Assembly: GCF_036365525.1 (NCBI RefSeq)
Contig: NC_090404.1
Coordinates: forward strand, 4,853,428-4,900,000
Length of the DNA stretch: 46,573 nucleotides
Direction of reading: 5' to 3'
Source of the DNA: Heterodontus francisci
Taxonomy: Eukaryota
The notes under the pieces were generated by a model. The model ran no database searches. It saw nothing but the letters and a program-made list of their open reading frames with translations, and was not told the DNA's origin. Numbering within the stretch: the stretch's first letter is position 1; the number at the start of each line of letters is the position of its first letter. This document shows, one piece after another, positions 23,001 to 33,355 of this stretch. The translations under genes were made by a program, and so were the position numbers.

Positions 23001-25976
23001 GCCAACTCTTGTACTCAATGCCCCGACCGATGAAGGAAAGCATGCCGTATGCCTTCTTGACCACTCTATTTACCTGCGTTGCCACCTTCAGGGAACAGTG
23101 GACCTGAACACCCAAATCTCTCTGGACATCAATTTTCCCCAGGACTTTTCCATTTACTGTATAGTTCACTCTTGAATTGGATCTTCCAAAATGCATCACC
23201 TCGCATTTGCCCTGATTGAACTCCATCTGCCATTTCTCTGCCCAACTCTCTAATCTATCTATATTCTGCTGTATTCTCTGACAGTCCCCTTCACTATCTG
23301 CTACTCCACCAATCTTAGTGTCGTCTGCAAACTTGCTAATCAGTCCACCTATACTTTCCTCCAAATCATTAATGTATATCACAAACAACAGTGGTCCCAG
23401 CACGGATCCCTGTGGAACACCACTGGTCACACGTCTCCATTTTGAGAAACTCCCTTCTACTGCTACTCTCTGTCTCCTGTTGCCCAGCCAGTTCTTTATC
23501 CATCTAGCGAGTACACCTTGGACCCCAAGCGCCTTCACTTTCTCCATCAGCCTGCCATGGGGAACCTTATCAAACGCCTTACTGAAGTCCATGTATATGA
23601 CATCGACAGCCCTTCCCTCATCAATCAACTTTGTCACTTCCTCAAAGAATTCTATTACGTTGGTAAGACATGACCTTTCCTGCACAAAACCATGTTGCCT
23701 ATCACTGATGAGCCCATTTTCTTCCAAATGGGAATAGATCCTATCCCTCAGTATCTTCTCCAGCAGCTTCCCTACCACTGACGTCAGGCTCACCGGTCTA
23801 TAATTACCTGGATTATCCCTGCTACCCTTCTTAAACAAGGGGACAACATTAGCAATTCTCCAGTCCTCCGGGACCTCACCCGTGTTTAAGGATGCTGCAA
23901 AGATATCTGTTAAGGCCCCAGCTATTTCCTCTCTCGCTTCCCTCAGTAACCTGGGATAGATCCCATCCGGACCTGGGGACTTGTCCACCTTAATGCCCTT
24001 TAGAATACCCAACACTTCCTCCCTCCTTATGCCGACTTGACCTAGAGTAATCAAACATCTGTTCCTAACCTCAACATCCGTCATGTCCCTCTCCTCGGTG
24101 AATACCGATGCAAAGTACTCGTTTAGAATCTCACCCATTTTCTCTGAGTCCAAGCATAACATTCCTCCTTTGTCCTTTAGTGGGCCAATCCTTTCTCTAG
24201 TTACCCTCTTTCTCCTTATATATGAATAAAAAGCTTTGGGATTTTCCTTAACCCTGTTTGCTAAAGATATTTCATGACCCCTTTTAGCCCTCTTAATTCT
24301 TCGTTTCAGATTGGTCCTACATTCCCGATATTCTTTCAAAGCTTCGTCTTTCATCAGCCGCCTAGACCTTATGTATGCTTCCTTTTTCCTCTTAGCTAGT
24401 CTCACAATTTCACCTGTCATCCATGGTTCCCTAATCTTGCCATTTCTATCCCTCATTTTCACAGGAACATGTCTCTCCTGAACGCTAATCAACCTCTCTT
24501 TAAAAGCCTCCCACATATCACATGTGGATTTACCTTCAAACAGCTGCTCCCAATCTACATTTCCCAGCTCCTGCCGAATTTTGGTATAGTTGGCCTTCCC
24601 CCAATTTAGCACTCTTCCTTTAGGACCACTCTCGTCTTTGTCCATGAGTATTTTAAAGCTTACGGAATTGTGATCACTATTCCCAAAGTAGTCCCCTACT
24701 GAAACTTCAACAACCTGGCCGGGCTCATTCCCCAACACCAGGTCCAGTATGGCCCCTTCCCGAGTTGGACTATTTACATACTGCTCTAGAAAACCTTCCT
24801 GGATGCTCCTTACAAATTCTGCTCCATCTGGACCTCTAACACTAAGCGAATCCCAGTCAATGTTGGGAAAATTAAAATCTCCTATCACCACCACCCTGTT
24901 GCTCCTACATCTTTCCATAATCTGTTTACATATTTGTACCTGTATGCATTTTAAGAATTCCGCCCCCTTTAAGCTATTTGCACTGAGACGATCCCTGTTG
25001 ATATTGGGGAAGTTGAAATCCCCTACTATTATTACCCTATTATTCTTACATCTCTCTGAGCTTTGCCGATATATCTGCTCCTCTATCTCTCCCTGACTAT
25101 TTGGAGGCCTGTAGTACACTCCCAGCTAAGTGATTACCCCCTTTCTGTTTTTAAGTTCTACCCATGTGGCCTCATTTGAGGAACCTTCTAAGGAATCATC
25201 CCTCCTTATTGCAGTAATTGACTCCTTGATCAACAGTGCAATGCCACCTCCTCTTTTACCCCCTCCCCTGTCACGCCTGAAGATTCTATACTCTGGAATA
25301 TTGAGCTGCCAGTCCTGCCCCTCCCTCAACCATGTCTCTGTGATCGCAATAATAGCATATTCCCATGTTAATCAACACCCTCAATTCATCTGCCTTACTT
25401 GTAAGCATCCTTGCATTAAAATAGATGTGATCCAGCCTTGCATTTTTCACTTGTGCCTTAACAGGTCTATATTTGCTCTGCCTTCCAGATTGACTCAGTT
25501 TCTCTTCTATCTATGACTGTGCATCACCCCCTGCTATACCTCCACTCAGTATCCCATCCCCCTGCCAAGTTAGTTTAAACCCAAGCCCCACCCTCACCCC
25601 CCCCCCCCCTCCCCCACCACCACCCCCCAACAGCACTAGCAAATCTCCCAGCAAGGATGTTGGCCCGTTCTGGTTCAGGTGCAACCCGTCCAACTTGTAC
25701 ATGTCCCACCTTTGCCAGAAACAGACCCAGTGATGCAGGAAACTAAAGCCTTGCCTCCTGCACCACCTCCTCAGCCACGCATTCATCTGCTCTATCCTTC
25801 TAATCCTATACTCACTAGCACATGGCACCGGGAGTAATCTAGAGATTACAATCTTTGAGGTCCTGCTTTTTAATCTGCTACCTAGCTCCCTAAATTCTTG
25901 TTGCAGGACCTCTTTTCACCTATGTCGTTGGTACCAATGTTTACTACGACCTCTGACTGTTCCCCTCCCCTTTCAG
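20046..25976 (-). mobile_element. Long CR1 LINE (partial ORF1 esterase-like region + ORF2), host to a younger CR1
   Basis: ORF1 NAWLRRWCRRQGF..DGLHLN (25511-25828); EN motifs GGGIALL, YRPP, GDFN; RT fragments 20198-22320; aatat TSD. Confidence 0.95.
22406..24941 (-). mobile_element. Young 5'-truncated CR1 with an open ORF2 segment (EN C-half + RT)
   Basis: Stop-free from 24941 to 22588: LDLVL, SDH, NYRPVSLTS, GVPQGSVLGP, KFADD; (aagaaca)n tail; splits the host's LKCIQ|ESFLSQYV. Confidence 0.95.
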
Positions 25977-26270
25977 AATATGAATTCGTAAACTTTGACA
26001 CAACATAGTTTGTCACTAAGTAGTGTAGTGTACAGTGCACTATTGCTCACCTTTACTCCTGTCCCTCAATCCCAGTTCATCTCTGGGAGATTGTTGCAGG
26101 ATTCACCCCATCCTTTTAATACAAATATTACCCACATAATACAAATATTGCCCACATAATAAAGAGCAATTAGAAATTGAACAAAGCTGCTGATAGTTAT
26201 TCACAAAACTAAACGTATTCTTCCAACGTAAAATGATTGAATTCTCACACACAAAGGTTATCTTTATATT

Positions 26271-26973
26271 CTTCTTTCTTTTGGGCCTCCTTATCTCGAG
26301 AGACAATGGATACGCGCCTGGAGGTGGTCAGTGGTTTGTGAAGCAGCGCCTGGAGTGGCTATAAAGGCCAATTCTGGAGTGACAGGCTCTTCCACAGGTG
26401 CTGCAGAGAAATTTGTTTGTTGGGGCTGTTGCACAGTTGGCTCTCCCCTTGCGCCTCTGTCTTTTTTCCTGCCAACTACTAAGTCTCTTCGACTCGCCAC
26501 AATTTAGCCCTGTCTTTATGGCTGCCTGCCAGCTCTGGCGAATGCTGGCAACTGACTCCCACGACTTGTGATCAATGTCACACGATTTCATGTCGCGTTT
26601 GCAGACGTCTTTATAACGGAGACATGGACGGCCGGTGGGTCTGATACCAGTGGCGAGCTCGCTGTACAATGTGTCTTTGGGGATCCTGCCATCTTCCATG
26701 CGGCTCACATGGCCAAGCCATCTCAAGCGCCGCTGACTCAGTAGTGTGTATAAGCTGGGGGTGTTGGCCGCTCCAAGGACTTCTGTGTTGGAGATATAGT
26801 CCTGCCACCTGATGCCAAGTATTCTCCGAAGGCAGCGAAGATGGAATGAATTGAGACGTCGCTCTTGGCTGGCATACGTTGTCCAGGCCTCGCTGCCGTA
26901 GAGCAAGGTACTGAGGACACAGGCCTGATACACTCGGACTTTTGTGTTCCGTGTCAGTGCGCCATTTTCCCAC
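26271..26973 (-). mobile_element. RTE-clade LINE 3' end (BovB-like)
   Basis: TKVRVYQACVLSTLLYGSEAW..RRLRWLGHVSRM..C-x2-C-x12-H zinc finger; no stops; (gaa)-type tail. Confidence 0.9.
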
Positions 26974-27039
26974 ACTCTCTTGTTTTTACATCTTTATATA
27001 TATTCATATATATGATTGTCACTGTCTGTCCATCAAGCT

Positions 27040-27131
27040 ATTTGTCTGTCTATCTAACTATCTATCTGTCCGTCTGTTTGTCTATCTATCTAGCTAGGTA
27101 TCAAGCTATTTGTATGGCTATTTGTCTATTG

Positions 27132-27162
<31 letters not shown>
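27040..27162. repeat. (TCTA)n microsatellite
   Basis: Direct observation; similar tract at 30139-30206. Confidence 0.9.
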
Positions 27163-27639
27163 AGAATATAAGAAAGAGGAGCAGGAGTCGGTCATTCAGC
27201 CCCTCGAGCTAGCTCTGCTATTCAATCAGATTACAGCTGATCTGCTCATGATCTTAACCCCACTTTCCTGCCTGTCCACCATAACCTTTGACTCTCTTGT
27301 AGATCAAAAATTTGTCTAACTCACCTTTGAATATACACATTGCCGAGCTTCCACTGCCCTCTGGGGAAGAGAATTCCAACCACTGACGACCCTCTGCGAG
27401 AAGAAATTCCTCTTCACCTCCGTCTTAAATGGGAGATCCCTTATTTTAAAACTCTGCCCCACCCCCCAGTTCTAGATTCCCCCATGAGGGGAAACATCCT
27501 CTCCACAGCTACCCTTTCAAACCCCCTCAGAATCTTATATCTCTCAATAAGATCATCTCTTATTCTTCTAAACTCCAATGAGTATTGGCCCAACCGACTA
27601 AACCATTTCTCATACGACAGCCCTTCATCCCAGTCACTG

Positions 27640-28007
27640 GACTAGTAATCCAGATGCCCAGGCTAGTGCTCTGGGGACATGGATTAGAAATCCCACCACG
27701 GCAGATGGTGAAATTTGAATTCAATTAATAAACCTGGAATTGTAAATACTAGTCTAATGTTGACCATGAAACCATGTCGATTGTTATAAAAACCCATCTG
27801 GTTCACTAATGTCCTTTCAAGAAGGAAATCTGCCGTCTATGCCTTGTTTGGCCTACATGTGACTGCAGACCCAGAGCAATGTGGTTGACTCTTAAAATGC
27901 CCTCTGAAATGGCCTAGCAAGCCATTCAGTTCAAGGGCAAGTAAAGATGGGCAATAAATGTTCCCTTAGCCAGCGACGCCCACATCCCATGAACAAATAA
28001 AAGAAAG
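27640..28007 (+). mobile_element. tRNA-derived SINE (MetaSINE-like)
   Basis: aaaacccatctggttcactaatgtccttt..gaaggaaatctgccgtc..gcaatgtggttgactctt..gatgggcaataaatg. Confidence 0.7.
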
Positions 28008-28930
28008 GGAATCGGCCTAGTGAAACTTCTCTGAACTGCTTCCAATGCAAGTACATCCCTCCTTATGTAAGAAGACCAAAACTGTACCAATGCCCTGTAC
28101 AGTTGTAGCTAAAGTTCCCCACTTTTATACTCCACCCTCCTTGCAATAAACACCAACATTCCATTTGCCTTCCTTATTACTTGCTGTAACTGCATGCAAA
28201 CTTTTTGTGATGCATGTACAAGGATACCCAGATCCCTCTGTACCACAGCATTCTGCAGTCTCTCTCCCTGTAAATATTATTCTGCTTTTGTATCCTCCTG
28301 CATTCGACTCCACCTGCCACATTCTTGCCCACTCGCTTAACCTATCTATATCTCTTTGCAGACAGTTTGTGTCGTCCTTACAATTTGCTTTCCGAACCAT
28401 TGTCCACAAATTTGGCTACATACACTCGGTCCTTTCATCCAAGTCATAAAAGTAGATTGTAGATAGTTGAGGCCCAAGCACTGATCCCTGTGACAGTCCA
28501 CTAGTTATGGTTGGCCAACCTGAAAATGTGCCATTTACCCTGACTCTCTGTTTCCTGTTAATTATTCAATCCTCTGTGTATGCCAACATATTACCCCCAA
28601 CACCATGAGCTCTTATCTTGTGTGTGGCAGCTTATCGAACGCCTTTTGGAAATCCAAATACATGACATCTGCTGGTTCCATATTATCCACCCTGCTTGTA
28701 ACATCGTCAAAGCAATGTAATAAATTTGTAAAATACAATTTCCCTTTCATAAACCATGTTGACTCTGCCTGGTTGCATGATAGAGTCATAACGGTACAGG
28801 AGGAGGCCATTCAGCCCACTGAGTCCATGCTGGCTCTCTGTGGAGCAATCCAATCAATCCTGTTCACCAGCTCCATCCCTGTAGCCCTGAAAATGTATTT
28901 CTCTCAAGTGCTCCTCCAATTTCCTTTTGT

Positions 28931-29290
28931 GGGCGGCACAGTGGCGCAGTGGTTAGCACCGCAGCCTCACAGCTCCAGGGACCCGGGTTCGATTCTGGGC
29001 ACTGCCTGTGTGGAGTTTGCAAGTTCTCCCTGTGTCTGCGTGGGTTTTCTCTGGGTGCTCCGGTTTCCTCCCACAAGCCAAAAGACTTGCAGGTTGGTAG
29101 GTAAATTGGCCATTATAAATTGTCACTAGTATAGGTAGGTGGTAGGGAAATATAGGGACAGGTGGGGATGTTTGGTAGGAATATGGGATTAGTGTAGGAT
29201 TAGTATAAATGGGTGGTTGATGTTCGGCACAGACTCGGTGGGCCGAAGGGCCTGTTTCAGTGCTGTATCTCTAATCATAATCATAATCAT
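28931..29290 (+). mobile_element. HE1-like V-SINE, full length and young
   Basis: Intact A/B boxes (tggcgcagtgg, gggttcgattc), V-domain, CR1-type tail, (atcata)n end. Confidence 0.92.
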
Positions 29291-30219
29291 CTCTGCTTCC
29301 ACACTCTCGTGGGCAACAGGTTCCAGGTCATTGTGACTCGATGTATAAAGCAGTTCTTCCTCATATACCCACTGCATCTGTAGCCAAAAACCTTAAAACT
29401 GTATCCCCTAATCCTTGCACGAAAGGCGAATGGGAACAGCTTTGCTTTATCTACTCTATCCAAACCTGTCATAATCTCGCATACCTCGATCAAATCTCTC
29501 CTCAATTGCCTTTGCTCCAAAGAGAACAACACCAGATTCTCCAACCTAACCTTGTGGCTAACATTCCTCATCTCTGGGACCATTCAGATAAATTTCCTCT
29601 GCACCCTCACATCCTTCCTAAAGTGTGGTGACCAGTACTAGACGTAATACTTTAGTTGTGGCCTAACCCGAGCTTTACAGAGGCTCAGCATAACTTCCCT
29701 GCCTTTGTGCTCAATACTTCTATTTTTGAAGCCCAAGATCCCATATGCTTTGTTAACTCCTCTCTTACTATGTCCTGCTAACTTTAAAGATCTATGCACA
29801 AGAACCTCCAGTTCCCTCTGCCCCTCTACACTCTTTAGATCTGTACCATTTGGTCTATACTGCCGCCCCTTTTGTCAAAATGCATCGCCTCACATATCTC
29901 TGTATTAACTTCCATCTGCCACTTGCCTCTCCGTTATACTTGCCTTTCTATGTACTTTTGTAGTTGATTTGTATCATCTTCACTGTCTGCCAAATGATTT
30001 TCTAAATGACCTGTTTCTATTTCTTTAATCATGAATTCTAGCATTTTTCCAATGACAAATGTTCAGCTAACCTGGCTATAGCTCCATGCTTTCTGTCACC
30101 TTCTTTCTTGAATAGAGGTGTTACATTTGCGTTTTTTCCTCTATCTATCTATCTATCTATCTAACTGTGTATCTATCTATCTATCCAACTGTGTATCTAT
30201 CTATCTTTCTAAGAGATGT

Positions 30220-30610
30220 TTTACAGTGCAGCAATAAATAAGATAGGACCTGGTGTAATATAAAAAGAGACAGGAGAGAATGCAGTCTTGACTGAGACAG
30301 GGCTGTGGGCAATATAACTTGAGACTGGGCCTTGTGCAGTAATAACTGAGACATTGCCGAGTGTAAAATAACCAGATACATGGTCTAGCCGAGTAATAAT
30401 CTGGACATGTTCTAGTGTAATATAAGCAAGGACTGGGGATGGCCTCGTGGAATATAAACAAAAACAAGGTAATTTCAATAAAAAGTAAGTGAGGGCCTTG
30501 TGTAATGTAACCAGAGACATGCTCTCGAGTAATAGAAACATAAACAGTAAATTTTATTGTAAATAGAAACGCCAGCTCATACAGCAAGAACTGAGAGAGG
30601 GCCAAGTGAA
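30220..30610 (-). repeat. Degenerate 27-bp repeat downstream of B copy 2
   Basis: gtgcagtaataactgagaca / gtgtaatataa units, same sense as the B cassette. Confidence 0.8.
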
Positions 30611-30659
30611 GCTAATAAAGCTACAGTACCTCAAATAAAATAAACTGAGAGGTTTTTTG

Positions 30660-30822
30660 CTTCAAAATCCTTCCTAATAGCATTGTGGGTGTACCTACTC
30701 CACAGGAACTGCAGCAGTTCAAGAAAGCAGCTCACTATCACCTTCTCAAAGGCAATTAGGGATAGGCAATTAATGCTGGCCTGGCCAGCGACACCCTCAA
30801 CCCATTAAACCAATAAATAAAT
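30660..30822 (+). mobile_element. LINE 3' tail (same family as 4701-4945)
   Basis: ctgcagcagttcaagaaagcagctcac..ggcaattagggataggcaat. Confidence 0.75.
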
Positions 30823-30849
30823 GTTATTTATTTTTAATTTTTAATATTT

Positions 30850-31000
30850 TTAATATTTGTCAGTTCCGAAGAAGGGTCACTGATCCGAAACGTTAACTCT
30901 GCTTCTCTTTCCACAGATGCTGCCAGACCTGCTGAGTGGTTCCAGCATTTCTTGTTTTTATTTCAGATTTCCAGCATCCGCAGTATTTTGCTTTTGAATA
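30850..31000 (+). mobile_element. Penelope-like terminal fragment with hammerhead-like motif (30862-30898)
   Basis: AGTT-CCGAAGA-agggtcactgatcc-GAAA-cgtt-AACT. Confidence 0.65.
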
Positions 31001-31001
31001 A

Positions 31002-32718
31002 AATAGGCTTTCACTGCCATCCGCTGGCCAGACATTGCCATTGCTCCTACTGTGTAAATGTCGATGTCAGCTATTGTTTCTGATAGTAATGTATCAAGAA
31101 ACAAATCAACTAATTCCAGATTTGTGCCTCGATACATCAGGAACAGTGCAAAGCGGTTCAATTCCTGTTAATGTATTTTTATTGATCTTGGTTCAAGGGA
31201 GGAGTGTTGACCAGGACACAGTGTGGAACTATGGGAGTTGTAATGTCTACCTCAACAGAAAAGGGGTGTGGGAGAGATGATTGTTTCAAAATGTCCCTGG
31301 AAAGATATTGCCCTTTCAGCACTGCACCCATTGGAAGCCTGTTTAATATACTCAGTTTCTGGCGGAGGGACACGATGTTCAAATCTCTGGACAAGGGCGG
31401 GAAAAATGTACCCAACGTGGCCCTCATCCTGATGACCACCTTCGTGTGCGGCTGCATCAAGCTGTGTGTAGATCCCCAGTACGCAAACTCCAAGTGTCAC
31501 TACGTGCTGAGGTTCTATCTGTCCCCGGTGTTGCGAAGGATGGGCCTGGTCACATTGCCGCGGAACGCTCCGTGCAGTTGGGACGTGCCGTACCACCTAT
31601 CCTTCGTGGAGCAGTTTCTGCGGGAAAACACCTTTGACCACCGGTCCATCAGGCAGTGGTCTGCACGGAATGTCCTCAAGGCCCTACGGGAAAAGGAGAC
31701 GGTGGATCCTGTCGGATGGTTCCCCGAGCAGACCGTCAAAGTCATTTGGCGGAATGCCTCATCACCAGAACTTTCAAACAAGCACCAAGACGTAGCTTGG
31801 CTGGTGGTGAGAAGGGCCCTCCCCGTCAGATCCTTCATGCACACCCGAAGTCTCGCCCCCTCCGCACAGTGCCCCCGCGTTGGCTGTGGTGGGGAAGAGA
31901 CGGTCGCCCACCTCCTCCTGGAATGTGCCTTTGCAAAGCAGGTGTGGAAAGAGATGCAGTGGTTTTTGTCAAGGTTCATCCCAAGCAGCTCTGTAACACA
32001 GGAGTCTGTGCTCTACGGGCTGTTCCCAGGGACGCACACCGAGACAAACATCAACTGCTGCTGGAGGACTATCAATTCGGTGAAAGACGCCCTTTGGTCT
32101 GCCCGAAACTTGCTGGTCTTCCAGCGCAAAGAGTTGTCCACCACCGAATGTTGCAGACTGGCACATTCCAAGGTCCAGGACTACGTGCTGAGGGACGCAC
32201 TAAAGCTTGGGGCAGCCGCAGCAAAGGCTCAATGGGGAAAGACCACAGTGTAAGGTTCCCCCACCAAGCTGGACTGAGGGGCTGGAACCATGGGAAGCCC
32301 CTCGAACTGTATCGTTAATATTCTCAATTGCTGTAAATGTAAAACTGTAATTGACATGACAATTGTGAAACGGAAGGGTCGGGAAGAAACTCATGACAGT
32401 ATTGAAGGAAACTGATCTCCCTTGCAATGTTTGTATTTTTTGGTGCTGTTTGGAAACTGTTTGGCAATGTAATTTTTACAGATTTTTATGAATAAAGTAT
32501 ATTTTGGAAATAAAATAAAAAATAAAAAAATAAAAATATATACTCAGTTTCTGAAGCTGACATGGAATCCACAATTTGCTGATTCTGAAATCAGAGTCAA
32601 GTCACTGTAACCAAGTTGCTGCTGAAATGTTTCCTGTGTCCAGGTGACATTTTATATCAACATTGGTGAATACCATTGCTGTTACGCTTCCGTATACTGA
32701 TATCACAAATAGCAACTT
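31002..32718 (-). pseudogene. Family B IgSF V-C cassette copy 2, split by Tx1
   Basis: Acceptor ttgtaatccag; SVYGSVTAMVFTNVDIKCHLDTGNISAATWLQ (V strands A'-C), FSVEVD..HCVLVNTPP (nectin/CD200-like F strand), then LHCS..QIW..LTSTF..SGQ (C-type) with no intron. Confidence 0.55.
31362..32537 (+). mobile_element. Tx1/L1-clade LINE 3' end, young
   Basis: Open ORF to 32253 with zf-RVT-like CPRVGC..ETVAHLLLEC; AATAAA and A-rich tail; 16-bp TSD atatactcagtttctg at 31346-31361 and 32538-32553. Confidence 0.92.
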
Positions 32719-32761
32719 CTGGATTACAATTACAAAACTTTTGATTGATACAATTGAAATT

Positions 32762-33067
32762 CATTGAATCATGGAATCTGACAGCACAGAAGGAAGCCAT
32801 TCGGCCCATCGTGGCGGCTGTTTGAAAGACCTATCCAATCAGTTCCATTCTCCTGGTCTTTCTCCAAAGTCCTGGAAATATTTCCTTTTCATGTAATTAT
32901 TCAAATCCCTTTTAAAAGTTACAATTGAATGTGTTTACACCAATCTTTCAGGTAATTAATCCCAGCTCATAACAACTCGCTGAACTTTTTTAAAAAACTC
33001 CCTTCTTCATTTACCAATGATCTTAAATCTGTGTCCTCTCGTTATCGACATTCCTGCCAGTGGAAAC
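32762..33067 (-). mobile_element. CR1 3' fragment
   Basis: acagcacagaaggaagccattcggccc tail. Confidence 0.75.
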
Positions 33068-33350
33068 ATTGTCATGGATATTTTTCCGTGCGATTTGTGT
33101 GGTTTGGAACAGGGAAATGTTCGTTGGAATGAGCGAGTTCAGAGGATTCAGTATTTCACCTTCTTCCTCAACACCTGAGACCAAGAAGTTAGATGTTGAT
33201 GTAATGTAGCTGATATCAGCTTTGCCTGACACGGGAAAGGTCCCTGGTCACTTGGGAAACATTCCGTTCAGTGTGTGATAGGATGTTGCTGGTTTATTCG
33301 CAGTTATGTAAACTATTATCCTTCACCTGACAGATAAACAGTTTTGTGAT
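33068..33350 (-). pseudogene. Family C IgSF V-C junction fragment copy 1
   Basis: Homologous to 41932-42200; PGTFP/CQAKLIS..VLRKKVKY*IL*..TTQIARK. Confidence 0.5.
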
Positions 33351-33355
33351 AAAAG

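Larger units (their letters stand above)
19836..26236 (+). pseudogene. Family A cassette copy 4 (19836-20045 + 25982-26236), split by nested CR1s
   Basis: Acceptor ctggtttcag; the halves rejoin colinearly with other A copies across duplicated aatat (20041-20045, 25977-25981); 20-bp internal duplication at 26121-26160. Confidence 0.55.
27165..30135 (-). mobile_element. Nested decayed CR1 fragments
   Basis: DFQKAFDKLPH, LQRDIDRLSEW, LFSLEQRQLRRDLIEV in minus-strand ORFs. Confidence 0.9.

Noticed and set aside
22588-25119. Intact autonomous reverse transcriptase gene
   Set aside because: Chimeric and 5'-truncated, with no ATG start or complete endonuclease; annotated as TE
30958-31161. LFLDTLLSE..KA (also in ORF 9508) resembles a CARD or glycine N-acyltransferase segment
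   Set aside because: Similarity is weak and short; upstream V-domain motifs and the alternative frame favour IgSF
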